Shown here: piece after piece, positions 35,770-49,922 of the stretch
Layout of the letters: the number at the start of each line of letters is the position of its first letter
Numbering within the stretch: the first letter of the stretch is position 1
NCBI GenBank assembly: GCA_043228905.1
Contig: JBHGNT010000010.1
Location: 15,376,001-15,440,000 of the forward strand
Length of the DNA: 64,000 bases
Reading direction: 5' to 3'
Origin: Azolla caroliniana
Lineage: Eukaryota > Plantae > Polypodiophyta
Notes under the pieces: model-generated
Databases searched by the model: none
The model's input: the letters and a program-made list of their open reading frames with translations, nothing else
What the model was told of the DNA's origin: nothing
Program-made: the position numbers and the translations under genes

Positions 35770-38700
35770 ATTATGTGAATAAATATGTGCGTAAAACACT
35801 GTAAACAATGGGACCACAAGTGAGTGATGTCATTGCTATATGGGCAGTGAGACATGCAGAATCACCATTTGGCAAGATGAACACTCCATAAAGGAAAGAA
35901 TTATGACTTGCTCAAATAAACATAACTACCACATCAATACTCCCTTCAAGTTTCATAGGTATGCTCCAAGTCCATGTTTACCATGAAATACAAAATCATC
36001 ACACATCCCAATTATGATGCAATCCCACTATCTTGTCATCAAATAAGAACGTGACAAAACTTGCCAGATTTGAGAAATATTACCCCAAATGTGACAAACA
36101 ACCAAACATTGTTTGAAACAATGAGTTACTATCTTCCACTTGAACAATGCAAAAGATACAATCACACCTTGTTAGTCCACCTCACTTGAGTGTTGATCCC
36201 AAAGGTAAACCCTCAATCAATCTTCTTAGATAAAGACCTTTGCTACAAGTGGTAATTTAGAATGTCAATTATGTTTCAAGATCTACCACAATCTATAATT
36301 AAAGTTGCATATTCTCCATTCTTGTTCTACCTTAGATGATTGCGATCGAAGAGATTGAATTGAGTATGGTATGCTCTCTTTCCATGATTAGAGTTAAAAT
36401 AATATTAGAAAACAACAATTCTAAAACGTAGAATACGTGGGGAATACTTCAAAGTATTCTAAAACGTACACATTTTTTAACAACTATGGATACAAAAGGT
36501 TGAAACTGTGAAAATAAATCTAGGGGCTAGGATCCGTCCACATAAAGAAGGTATGCGATTTGTTGGCTTTAATGCAAGTTTGTTGTTCCTTATTTACATT
36601 ATACTCAATCAATCATCACATTTTTGTTTAAGAATCTATGCAAGTGAACAATCAATCATTCAATGTCTTTTGTATGATAGAGGTTAACTTGACCATCAAA
36701 TGTGACGTGTTTAATCCATTTGATTTTCATAAGTCATAAAGAAATTGGATAGGTAAATTGTACATTTGACTCAACAAGGACACAAATAGAAAATATAATA
36801 TCAATAGATTATCCGTGCCTAGGACCTGCAAGTTGCATAATGCACAATAAAAGGTCTAGAATGAAGTAGAATCGTGGCTATACATTGCCCATGCTTAGAT
36901 GCATTGGTTTCTCTACTAACTGAAAGTTGTGGATAAAAAATAGACCCAAATGCTTATTCTGTAAAAGAAACCTTAAGTAATCATACAATTCTATTTGTAC
37001 CCATTTTGAGAATAGACACATTGTGCCCTAACATTGAACGAATAACGAAAAATTATACCATCACAGTTTGAGAATATCAACTTCAAAGACATTGCGTCCT
37101 TTACTTCATGTTCTTTGAACAAAGTTTAATTTCCTAAAATATGTTGGAGCTTAAGAGTTTTCCATTTTTTGGGTGGTTACTTTTCTTGTTTGAATATTCT
37201 ACAATATTAAATTAATCCTTTATTGATATGGTCTTCTTTCTCCTCCATTTAAGGGATATTGTTCTTTTCTTAATAGTATTAGGGGGCTCATTCACAAAGA
37301 GAAGAAAGGACTTACAAGTTACAATTTTCTCCCCTGTAGAATCTTTTTCGGGTGCTATTAATGCTTGAAAAACTAGGAGGACGAATATTTGTAAGGAAAG
37401 GATATCCTACAATCTCTACTTCGAATCACAATGCACTTAATTGCTACATAGGATCACCATTGCTTTAGCATATTCCATCGTTGTTCCTTTACGAATTAAA
37501 TTTTGTGTAGCCCATCCCATACTAGTAAACTTAGTTTTTCGAACATTTTAGGTGTATATGACAAGGGTGGCAATATCTGACTTTAGAAGAGTTACGAGAT
37601 TATTCAAGGGCATCTTGTTACCAACATTCTACAAGTCTTTGTACAATAAACCCTTCCATTTCTTGAGACTATATCACTTTTACATGGAGATTGTGTGCGT
37701 CGAGGGGCTTTGTGAAGCACAGATGCAATAAAACCCTTCACATTGACTTCCTAGAATTGCATCGGAATCAAATAAAATAGTATGAAGACACACAAGGAAA
37801 CGATTAGGTGGGAAACAATTGCAACACGTCTTAGATGTGGCTTTCATGATGAGACTTGATAACTTCAAGGATTGAGAAAAATCTCATCAAACTCTGCTCT
37901 GCTTTGCAATCAAGTACATTTGACAATGAAAAATGTCACACTCTACTTGAGTATACGATCTTCAATATTATGAGAGGTCTCTTTCCACATCATAAATTCA
38001 ACCAGATCTATCGTGTCACTACAAACATTTCTCTCATTGTTACAACATGAACTCTTAAGTGAAAATGCTCGAGGAAACATTACTAAGCATTTGAAAATTA
38101 ATTATGACCCTCCCTCCCCTACCCCACATGTTGTATGTAGAAGTTTCTTCTAGCCACACCTCCAATGATGATAAGTAAATCTATTTATCTCACTATGATA
38201 CCTTTGTGAGAAAATATATATTTTTGTCTTTGAAACTTTGGCGATTAAATGTTGTTTCTTTTAGGCCTCTAGATGAAGTGTTGGAGAAAATATCAAAATA
38301 CACCAAATGTGACATAATTTTACCAAATGATTCTTTCTCAATATGTAAAAAGAAAGACACTATTCTTTGGTTAGCTTTTAGATAACATTTAGAGATAAGA
38401 CAATAGCTTTCATATGCGAACTCCAAGGCAGTAATTTTTCATATGGCAATGGTAAGTGACATACACTTGTTTTGGTAATATCTACTTAAACTGTTAGCCA
38501 TCTACTCAACGACATGACATTTCATATCAAGCTTGATTCTAAGTCCACAATTTTCTAGGTCCCATCTATTCGATGTTTAGTCATCTCATGGATGTAGAGA
38601 TCTATCTATCTATCTAATGTTTAGTGATGTCCATGTCCTAGCTTTATTTCGAGGTTTCATATATGGGAGGGTATACATTGACTTTAATAGTCTTCACCCC

Positions 38701-39420
38701 CCCTTGTTAACAATATATATTCCCTAAAAACAAATTCAGAAAACTTTGAAAGGAAGTGTGCCTTAGTTGTCTAAAGAAGATGTTGACAAGTTAGCATCAC
38801 ACCACTTGATCGAGAAAACTTATGATGGTGACTATGAACTATTTGTTCTACATATGAATTTAAGATAACGTTTTGGCTTTTGTAGTAGTGGGGGGATGCG
38901 GCATGGAATGTATCTTGTGCAACAAACACCTATCGACCAAGAGAATTGGGTGAAACCATTGGGTTGGAATTCTTTTGAACACACTACTACAAATGGGTAA
39001 CTTGAAAAATGTAATGCGCCTTAAAATACAAAAGTAAGCCCAACTTGTATGTTGCCTTCCCAAATTGTTTAAAATTGTCGACGGACAAAAATATTGACAG
39101 TCTTAAGAGTCTTGGGCTTCTCGGGCACATTGAAATAAATGTTTTCACCCTCCTTGAAGCTAATTATACGATGCCTCTAATCAACATATGCTTTATATTG
39201 ATCTTGAGCTTGTTGCAATATACAACATCCACCATATGCTAATGATTTGAATTGCCTCCCCAAAACAAAAGAGCATGTTTCTTATGTGATCCAAACACGA
39301 TCGATGATGTGAATAAGTTTAGCATGAATTGGCTATGATTTGTCATCCTCATACTCAAGCTCATGAGTAAAAACTAGTCCTCCCAACTCATTTCATTGAC
39401 TTGTATGAGCTGTGTATTTC
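35770..39420 (-). mobile_element. Highly decayed retroelement pol remnants (probably Gypsy)
   Basis: Only weak traces: RNase H-like CYLKANQRIVSFF (38193-38426), integrase-like and RT-like fragments near 37650-37720 and 39000-39320; no intact ORF. Confidence 0.3.
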
Positions 39421-39460
39421 CATGTATTTAACAAACACATTCAATTTGGGTATATGTTTA

Positions 39461-39921
39461 AAGGTGATATGATGGAGTAAATGATAGAACTATGTTCAAA
39501 TCTTTGAAAAACCCCAATCTTTTTATACTATATTGATTGCAACATATATATGATTTGAAGGTCCACACGTGTTAACAATTGACACTTGTCTCAAAGTGAT
39601 ATGATGGAGTAAACGATAGAACTATGTTCAAATATTTGAACAACCCCAATGCCTAAAAATGGTAGATAAACTTGTGAGTACGTTAGATTTAGTTTGTGTG
39701 GGCATCCATATGGTTGATAAATATGGCAAACCAACTTATTAAAGGTAATAGGTCATACGAAAATTATTCAACTTGATGAGGGCTTCATAGAGTGTGCTTA
39801 ACGTGTGTTGTGAGATAGAGCCATAAAAGTGCCCATTTTTTTCTACTATATTGATTGCAACATGTATGATTTGAAGATCCACGTGTGTTTAGCCTTAACA
39901 AGTGGCACTTGTCTCAAAGTG
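39461..39921. repeat. Local mosaic duplications (~60 and ~75 bp)
   Basis: GTGATATGATGGAGTAAA..AACCCCAAT at ~39464 and ~39596; TACTATATTGATTGCAACAT..CACTTGTCTCAAAGTG at ~39526 and ~39844. Confidence 0.85.
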
Positions 39922-41679
39922 GTTTGAGGTAAAGAAGGAATAAGCCAAAATCATAAGAGAAGTAAAGGAGGGGGGCACATCAAACTAGGAGCAACACCAA
40001 CAACCACTAGTGAAAAGAAGAAGAAGAAAATACTGAAACAAGGAGATCTCTTATACGACAAAGAAAGGAAAATAATAAAAGAATGCAAGAAAGACAATGG
40101 GGTATGTTGAAGACGTGATATATAAAGTAAAAAAAACGATTGACAACAAGAATGTGAGCGAAAGTGTGATTGAGATTGATATCGATGAGATATCTTGTAA
40201 TAATGGCATTCAATCATATTAATCCTAGTGAAATCCCTTGTGTATTCTACATCTTTCTCTTTAATTCTATTTAAACTTGTTGGGTGAGAGTTTGAGAGTT
40301 TGGATCTTGCAAGAGAAACAAATGAAAATACAAACTAATCCACAAAAATATAGCACTATATATTTTGTTGTTTAACACGGTCGTCGGTAAGCTTGTTAGA
40401 GATGTCATGAGTACATTTAAAGAAATCTTCCAAATTCCAATGGTTATAACCAACATAAGTACCTAAATGCGTTTGAAATTTGGACCTATTTTTCCAAAAG
40501 AAGAATATACTCCATTAGTTAAAATGACATACACTACACAACTTTAGACATTACCTACTTCCATATGGACTACATCACTTGTTTATCTTACACTAAATAG
40601 CCCACATGTTTGTTCTCCATGTTTGTCGTGTCATTCACGAACTTTCGGCCTATTTGTTTGCCCAATAGAACACTTCAATACACAACATATAAAAAAATTT
40701 AGTATAAGCAAAGCCAATAAAACTTTATGCGCATATGGAGATACGTTGTACACATATTAAGATGTTGGCATTTGAGTTATTGTGACGTTCGTGAAGATAT
40801 GATGGTTGTTGCCTAATGTCATGGTTTGTGGAGATACTATACTATACATGGAAGAAAGAAGTGTGAACATATCACTAACACACCCCATCCAAACACATTC
40901 ATGATATCATAAGATTTTAGGTATCTGTTAAGGGTACCCTCCACAAGTTATATTTGCCCTTTTGGTATTGAACTACAATCAAACTATTGAAGAATACCTT
41001 GAATACTTTTCAGTCTTTCAAGTTCATTTAGGTGTATAGACAACAAAATTCACTAACACAATTTGGAACTTACAACCATATAAATTGTGACATTGCTTGG
41101 GAGCATAGATGAAAGCAAAATAACTCACTCACAAACGTTGAATTGGTGTTGTTCAGCACCAATCAACTTTTTCCTTTCGAATATAATAAGAAGAGATGGA
41201 GAAAGACGGGAGGCTTGTCTTGTGTGTCAAAAGAAGATTTATAGTCAACTGTGCAACTTGACATAAATATGCTTTACCACTAGCCAACACGTCCTAAACT
41301 AAAGATCGACAAGAAAATGAAGAAATATGTTTCTTGATTTTCACATGGACCCTAACACAATCATTACTATCAAAGAAAAAGTAGTGAAGTCGCATCTTTC
41401 TTCGTTGAAAAAACTGTGCGTAATCACTACGGCTATCCTTTGGGGAGCCAAACAACATTGGGGTATTATAGTAATTTGTTACAAATCTATGACATCTCTG
41501 TTTAAAATTTAAAATAGAGCATCAAAATTTAACCTTAAATAGTCAAGGCTTTTCACCCAATGGGATGTAATTTTCTTTTGCTGAGCAAGTGGTAGATGGG
41601 CTTCTTAATTTTGGGGGCTTTTTTTCCATGATGTCAAGCTTTTGTTTGGCATATTCATGAGCCTTTTCCTTTGTGTTCT

Positions 41680-42070
41680 ATGCATAACCATCCATGCATC
41701 AATGGCCATACATTGACCCATCTATGAAACATCCATGACATAATCATAACCATCTATATCCCTGAATTCCATGGGTAACATCCATGCATTCTCCTAATTA
41801 TAACATCAGATGTGGTGTCATTGACCATTACAATACCATAATCATAACCATGTGTATACTTCCATTCCATGGGTAAGTTGTAACATCCATACAATATCCT
41901 AATCATAATGTCATATGCAGTGTCATTGACACATCCATAACATACCACAAAAATTAACAAGCTTAAATTCCAACTCACAATTATGCATTCTCATAATCAT
42001 ATACATAAATGGTGACTATGGCACATCCATTACAACACCCATGACTCATGAGCATTAATACCATTGCATT
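41680..42070. repeat. Degenerate ~100-bp tandem repeat
   Basis: Recurring CATCCAT..TC(C/A)TAAT(T/C)ATA..GTGTCATTGAC and ATAATCATAACCAT..TTCCATGGGTAA. Confidence 0.6.
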
Positions 42071-44446
42071 CCATCTGCAACCACAAGATATTGTAGTGAC
42101 GTGTCACAATAATAAAAAGCAACCATGGTTGGAATAGAACTATTTCCATTTGCAACTTGTGACAACTTCATTATCACATGCCATCCCTTTCCATTAACTC
42201 GAGAATATCGCCATATACGCCTCCCAATAGTGCACATAGTGATTTGCTGAGCACATGAATTTCTCACAATCCTTTGCTACACATTCGTGTGGGAATGCAT
42301 GGGACATCGCCGTGTTCGGGGATTTGTTTTGCAAGCTTATGTTTCAACTCCCTTACATTTGGCTCCACATCATCGTGTTGGATTATCTCATTGATATTGA
42401 AGGCATCATTTTCATTAACTGCTATGAAAAAAAAGTTTCACTTGTGCATCTGACCACAGTTTCTTCTTGTAATGTTTACAAAAAACTCTTGTTTACACAC
42501 GAGAACGCAAGGTTTAAATTTATGTTTTTCGTTCTATTTTGTTATGATAAAAAGAACTTGTTTTAAACTAGCAAATCCAATGTGTGAAAGTATTTTTTTT
42601 TAATCCTTACAAGAAAAACATATTTTGTTGCCCACACAAACATGTAGTTTGAGCACATCTGATTAACATGATATTTTGTACTTTGAATGGCAAGCAATGT
42701 ACACATTATTGACAATTGTTATTCAAATTTGTTCTAATATTGTGATGGTTGATCATGAAGCTTTTATTCATTCCTCTATTCATTTCAAAAATCAATTGTT
42801 TAACATGGTTTTCTATTCCATAATTTAATAAGTTCCTTACATGAAGTTTGATGCACAATCTTTGGTTAGTCTATTACTACATGTCAAATCTCAACATACT
42901 AAGTAGGAATCTTCGATAATTTATATGTTATGAAAATTGACTTCGAACCTCTTGTAGCTTCATAGATGTATCACGTATGAGTCATAGATGTGTGGTCCAT
43001 GGACAACATGTGGATGTATCATGCATGGGTCACAAAGAGGAAAAAACACGCTTCTAAAGTCTTGACAAATTTGGTTAGACACTTGCTTGCCTCTCAGCTA
43101 AAGAAATTCATTTCTCCACCTGATGTTAGTAGTTTATTTTGCTTTTTTCTTCCAATCTTGATTTCTCTCCTCTTCACATAATGACATCCATGCACACTTT
43201 TTAACCTTGGTTTGTAAATTTTCTCTACGAATCATTGGTGACAATATATCTAACAATGTGAATTCTGAGCTAGAGCATGGAAGGAGAAAACATTTATTTG
43301 AGTTCGTTAAAGTTGCACTCATTCACTTAACGATTCGTTGAATGTGAGCATCAAATTTAGTGCCCTCTTCTCTACATAGTTTATAATATATTCAAAAAGA
43401 GCTATGCAATGCGAATATACAATTATTATGTGACACGACATCCTTTGTGTCCATGTAAAAATTGTTCGATGCAGTTTATTATTCTGCTATAAAATTAAAT
43501 GTAGAGATAAGACATTTGAAAAAGAATGTCCCTTATTAAGAAGATGGTTCTAAGTGGGTAACAGAAGGGACCCGAATAAATAGTTTTGACTTCTTCCCAG
43601 AGGGTCATATTTTTGCATGATGACTCCAAGAGGTACATCAAGGAATAGGTCCCCCTACTCATTATCTTAGAGTTGATATGCATCTATAGTTTCGCTCTTT
43701 AGAAACATAATGTATGAACACGTGTGTTTTTGATGGACAGGGGATTCCTTAACAATAAAAATTGACCTAACAACTTAAAACCAATGTGAGAGTTTATGCT
43801 TTGTTGTCAACCTAGTGTTTGTCATGTCCAACTTGAAGATGGACATGAAACCATCATGTGTTCAAAGCTCAAATTTTATGATATGCAAAATAGTAGTTGT
43901 TAGCTTCGATTGAGAGTTGCAAGGGACGAGGCGTATGTAAAACTGATTGTCAATAAATGTTAAAAGAAATTAACAACCATAAATGAAAATGTGAACTAGT
44001 GGTCCTCACAATCTTCTAGGTATAGATCAGAATGATTATTAAATGACATCGGAAAAGAGCTAAACATAAGGATTATGTACTTTTAGGATTTGTTGTAATT
44101 ATTCAGTTCAAAATCAAATGAATGGATGAACATGCAAAAAGCTATGGAAACAAAGTGATAGTAAACCAAATAAGCCATGATTTCATAAACTTTTGTTTCT
44201 TAGAAACGTATCGTTGCACACATCCGTTTAAAATAAAAGGTACGATAATTAAAAAAATAAAGCCATTGTGTTACTTCTAGGCATTCTTCAAGCACATGTG
44301 TTTATTTTGGTTGGAGCTCTACCTCCTTACCAAGGTTGTACGTTGGGGTGTAATCATTGTCGGTCGTTAAACACTCTCAAACAACTAGCCTTCCTTTCCT
44401 CGCTTAAGTAGTTATTAGAGCCTCAATGAGGCTTAATCATTGAACA

Positions 44447-45233
44447 TATTTTTTTTATTTATTTTCCAAAAAATCACTACTTTGCATTAGTTAGCAAACA
44501 AAATTACATCATAGAACTCTCAAAATTCCTCTCAACAGCCCTCACTCTGGCCTTCCCACCAAAGCGGACATAGTCCCCACCTCATTTTCAACAAACGTAA
44601 CCAAACAACTCCAATAACCTAGTTATTTGTACCATAACTATACAAATTTACAACACCTAGACGTTGTTGGAAACTATTGGGGGAAACAACCATCGGGGTG
44701 CTTGGTAGTGCCATTGAGGCCATGATGATGATCTGCCGACCATAGGAGAATTACCCCATTTCAGCAAGAACTTTGATCGAGATCTTTCAGCTGCATCAGA
44801 TTCCCCCTTAGTCGAGTCGTATCGTCCCCGCAACCAAGAGACCAACTCAAACCAGATATTTATTAATACCTCACCACTAGGGATCTTTTGTTGTTGAAAA
44901 ACAAACTTACAGCGGTTGGTCCAAATGTGCCAGACCGATAAACAAGCCACCATCCTCCATATCTCTTCAAAAAGTTCTGAGTTAGTGTCAAGTCGAACTC
45001 CAGCCCGTTGAAGCACCTTGCCACCCTGCACTATAAATCCATGTCCGTGAGGGTTTAACTGTTTAGCCCAACCTTCCCCTGTTAACTTCAGCCCCTGTAC
45101 GGACCCCCATACAACTCTCCCATTCACGTCGCATGCTGCCACTATCCGGAGACTTCTACGCCAAATGTTAATAGCCTCGTTACAATTCCAAAAACAATGA
45201 GGAATTGATTCCAAAGGGTGACCACAAATTTTG
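44447..45233 (-). mobile_element. 5'-truncated L1 (ORF2 C-terminus and 3' UTR)
   Basis: ORF 44657-45214 ESIPHCFWNC..VWHIWTNRCKFVF..PRWLFPP; T-rich tail at 44447-44465; perfect 12-bp TSD AATCATTGAACA (44435-44446, 45234-45245). Confidence 0.9.
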
Positions 45234-45354
45234 AATCATTGAACAAATTAGTTAACGATATGTAAACGTAGGCATAAATGAAAAAACGACACTTCAATTA
45301 GTTGAAGCAGACCACAAACACATGCAAGAATACCAAAAGCTTAGAGTAAATCAC

Positions 45355-48300
45355 TTTTTTTCTTCCAAAAAAAACACTACTTCGCATTAGTTAACAAACC
45401 CAATACAACAAAGTTCAACTCGAATCCACAATGGGATCAGTATATACAACACGGAGGAACAACTCCAAAACCAACAAAAAAAACCCAGCAAAACTCATGC
45501 GGCCTTTATCCCCAACAAAACTGAAACAAACCCCAATTTACACCATCTCTACTCATCCAAACGTACTCTTTTTTCATCTATACCTACATATTTACATCTC
45601 ATGTACAATATAGGGGGCCATCGGCAGAAACAACCACCTAGGCGCCTGGTAGTTCCACTTAGGCCTTGTCGAAGATATGACCATCATGGGAGAACCACCC
45701 CATTTCAGCAAGAACTTAGACCTTGCCCTTTCTGCTTCATCTGATTCCCCCTGAATTGAGTCATACCGTCCACACAACCATGTTACTAGCTCAAACCAAA
45801 TATTTAGAATCACCTCACCACATGAGAGCTTTTGCCACTAAAAAACAAACTTACAACACCTGGTCCAAATGTGCCAAACCAATAAGCATGCCACCATAAG
45901 CCAAATCTCCTTAAAAAATTCAGAATTTGTATTAGGTCTCACCCCATCACATAGGAACATGCTACCACTCTTCACTATAAATCCATGTCCTTGTGGGTTT
46001 AACTATTCTGCCCAACCTTCCCCATTTAGGGTCAGACCTTGTATGGAACCCCACACAACATTCCCATTCACACCGCAAGCTGCCACAATTATGATTCTTC
46101 TAGTCCAAATGTTAATCGCCTATGTACAATTCCAGAAACACTAAGAGATTGATTCCAAAGCATGTCCACATAACTTACAACCAACCTCACCACCACGGGA
46201 ACCCAACCACTCTCCTATCGGTACCGCCTTGTGGCTAAGAAGCCACAACCAAACCTATATTTTTTCTGGTGTATCCAACACCCATAGCCTCCTCCAAAAC
46301 GACTTCAAGAGGTCATCTGATATGCCTTTATCCTTCCAACTATTGCGAACCGTTACAACGCCCACCGTTTTGGAGCCAATAATACATCTTCCAGGCTTAG
46401 TATTGTACTCAAAAAATGTTTTCAGTTTGTTTGTTCACGATGTCTACCACCATACCTCAAATGGATCCCACACCAAACCATATAATGACTTGTTGTTGAA
46501 AAGCCATATTTTACAATCATGATCAAGTGTCTTAGGGTTCGGGTTCAAGCCACCTCTTACCCTCCAACACTGCCACCCGCACTGCCAACCACCTACCATC
46601 ATCCGTCAATGCACTTAGGTTACCCCACAAACACTCCTTGTTAGTTGAGCACTTGCCACGGATAAGTTATGCATCACTCTCACCTACAAACCAACCTGAC
46701 CAAACTCCCTCTTCCGCGTTCAACTTACCTAATCCATCAACGACCTTATCTATCAATTGGCTCACTTTCACTAGTTGTCCAGTAAACCTATTGCTACTAG
46801 CATGACCCTCCCGCCTCTTCATGTTGAAAACCTCCCATTCTCTTACTAACCTAACCTTGTGCCCTAACAACTTCTGGGTTTCAAAACTAATGGGTCAGCT
46901 TTCTCTTCCCATTGCGTAACCATTCTTTCACCGCTCTAAGGCTGATACTTCCACTTTTTCCAGGGGGGGAAGGGGAGTTCATGCCATTTTCCCTATTGAC
47001 CTTTGCATTGTTTAGCATGGCATCGGGTGTGCACAGTACCATCTCTTCAACATTAATTATCTTTTGATCCTGTAGTAGACCCTCCTTTTCCTACAACACG
47101 TCAAAACTATTTCCCAACCTTACATGAGGCATAGTTGTGTTTCTTTCTTGCTGCAATCGATTTTTACATCCCAAAACCAGAGCCTAGGCGTCTGCTTTAG
47201 CCTTCTCCGTCTCAACCCCATTAATGGTGCTATGACCTTCCACCCCTGTATTCTCTTGCCTAACTACCTGCCCTTTGTCCTTTCCCACCCTCACGTTACC
47301 GTTGATCTTCATGGGGCATTCCTTAGCAATATGACCCTTCTTTTTACAGTAAAAACATTGGCTAGGTAAGCCCTCGTATTCCACTTCCATATCTATCAGT
47401 CCCGCTTCCACATCATGAACCCTGATTATAGGGGGGAGTTTGGATGAGCTTTGCACAAGCACTCGAATCTTAGGGAAATCCATGATTCTATTTACCATCG
47501 TTGGCTTTGAAGGAAAAACTATGCCAATCTTATCCCCAATCTTTGGCATCAAGGGGTATAACTGCCGATGAAGATTTGGAAACACCATAGAAATCACCTA
47601 GGCATTACAAATTTTCTTGTCTTCCTCCATAGCGTTGAAGTTAGCATGCCACTCCAACAAAAGAGCTCTTCCATATTTGAGCTCTATAAATTTCATATCA
47701 ATAATCCGCGATACATCCTCCTCGGCAACTTCAACATGGAAGAAATTTCGTCCCATATTGTGCACATTCAGTATCTGTGGGACCATATGCATAAGAGCTA
47801 CTTGTAGCATGTCATGATCCATACCTCTATTAGGCCTACCACCAAGTAGCTTACAAATGAACAATCATTTCTTTAATCTTTCAATCTCCGCATTAAGAAT
47901 TTTGCTTTCTTCCTCGGACAGGAAAACCTCTAGCATCTCAAAGCTCACTTTCGTATCCATTTCTTTATCATGACCCCGTCTTAGGCATGCATTATGCGCT
48001 TGACCACATTCTTGCAGAAGATTTTCTACTTCCAACATCTCCTCTATGGCTTCCATCTTTGTAGCATACTCCAATTTTTGTGACGACTCGCCTTGCAGCC
48101 CTTGTTGCCTCCCCTCACTCATCACATGCCATAATGCATGGTTGGAGTGATCTCCCCCAATTGTTTGCCTCCTAACCTCATTACTCCAATCCTCTGCCAC
48201 TCCCCACACTCTCGAGTCCTCTGTGCAATTGACTGTGGAAATAACCACCGCCTTGCTACTGAGTGGAGCCGTATCCTCCTCTTCCATCCAGCTCGCCTTC

Positions 48301-48727
48301 TGTGTCAAATTGACTAATTCCTTACTCATCCTCCTATCTCAGCCAATAATTTGTTGCCATGTTTCTTTCGACATGTCTCCTACTTTCCTTCAGCCCCCAT
48401 TTTCAACTTGATGCTTCTCCCTATCCTTGTTCCTACCTTGCCATGCATACCTTGACTCTACCAACCTTTCGGCGGGTACCCTTGCCATTGTTACCTTAAC
48501 TGCCGTTGTTGATGCCTTAGTGCCTGTTGTTGGCTCCTTCGCCCACATGTTCCTTTATCCTTGTATATCCCTCTACTACCTACGCCCTAATTGACAAGAC
48601 ATACATGGCATTTGAGGAGGAGGAGAGCTTAGCATCGACCGATTGCGTTTGGGGCACTCTCTACAACCCTAAACCCCACTCCGACATTTTTCCTCAACAT
48701 TTCTACTCTGATACTTATGAAGTTAGG
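45355..48727 (-). mobile_element. L1 with ORF1 and the ORF2 C-terminus but no EN/RT
   Basis: TSD TTAGAGTAAATCAC(TT) at 45341 and 48728; ORF1 fragments at 46667-48480 including YEGLPSQCFYCKKKGHIAKEC (CCHC knuckle); zf-RVT/C-terminal part at 45592-46520 homologous to 44657-45214; same 3' end as the neighbouring copy. Confidence 0.88.
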
Positions 48728-48769
48728 TTAGAGTAAATCACTTAACACTAATATCATAAGATTGAGAGA

Positions 48770-49608
48770 AGAGAGAGATGAGAGAGAAAGATAAATAGAT
48801 AGATTTTATTATCGCCTTCAAAGATCAAATATGACCAATGAGACCAAAAATATAATGTTTCACGTAATACATGTGAATACAAGAAGAGACTTTCGATGTT
48901 CAAGAATTTTACTATTGATTATTACAACTAAGATTGCACACTATTATTGTGAGAGAAATTTGTGCAAGGGTTAGGTTTAGTCAAAGATGTGTGGATTGTT
49001 GAATGTTATGATAGACAAACCATTAGATCAAAGTTTGATACTCAAACTCCATAACTTGTTTACCATAACTTGTTTACCATAACATGTGCATAGCCGACTC
49101 ACCTCATCAGCTCTATCCCAACAACTTGTCTCAGTATATGACCCTCCACATTTTTCCCATGTCATAATATATTTGTGTTGCAAAAAGGTCTCTTTCACAA
49201 AGGAATCTAATTAATGCATAATGAAACAAGGTTTTGCATTACCTATGCAAAACCATTTTTCCATATCTTGCATCCAACCAAAACACGAAAAATTTGCTTT
49301 TATGTATTTTTCAAATATTTTTGTTTGGTTTTTGTGTGATTCTAGGAAATCGATGAGAGGGCCTTACATGTACATAACAACCCTTTCCATGGCAATAATC
49401 TCAATGAGAAGTTATCCTGTATTATGAAGTAGGAGTGAGTAATGTATTTGCTTCTTCACTTGGAGGCTTTTTGACATTTCGAGTCTAGGCATGTTGTGAT
49501 GCTCCATACCTTCACATGATAGAGAAGCATTGATGTCACCAAAGTGCTGAAAATATATTTCTTGAGGGCCCAATATTTAAATTCTCTAACTATCCATGTG
49601 GTCTCAAG
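48770..49608 (-). mobile_element. Degenerate RTE-X-like LINE 3' fragment
   Basis: GA/GATA tail followed by TATCGCCTTCAAAGATCAAATATGACCAATGAGAC, similar to 63420-63490 and 20320-20356; KKYIFSTLVTSMLLYHVKVW at 49456-49600. Confidence 0.65.
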
Positions 49609-49922
49609 CATAGTATGAACCATACATACCATATGTGCATTCGCATTCGTGAATGTTTCAATCATAGTACGTAAAATTTGTGTTCGTCTAGCATAACATT
49701 CGTTGTCCTACGTTGGAAAACGAATGCGAATGTTATTCAAACATTCTTATGTTTTTTCCCTTTTTCTTTTGTTTTTTTCCATTTTTTAGGCTTATTTACC
49801 TCATAATACATAGTTAATCCAAAAGTATGGTATTTATCATTCTTTGAGGGTGTTTTTCTTTCGCGAATGATTGAAACATTCTCGAATGTGAATGCACGTA
49901 TGTACGTATGGTTCATACTATG
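49609..49922. mobile_element. MITE-like element with ~57-bp terminal inverted repeats
   Basis: CATAGTATGAACCATAC..GTGCATTC(G/A)CATTCG.GAATGTTTCAATCAT at 49609-49665, inverted at ~49866-49922; flanks GTCTCAAG/GTTTCAAT match 6 of 8. Confidence 0.75.
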
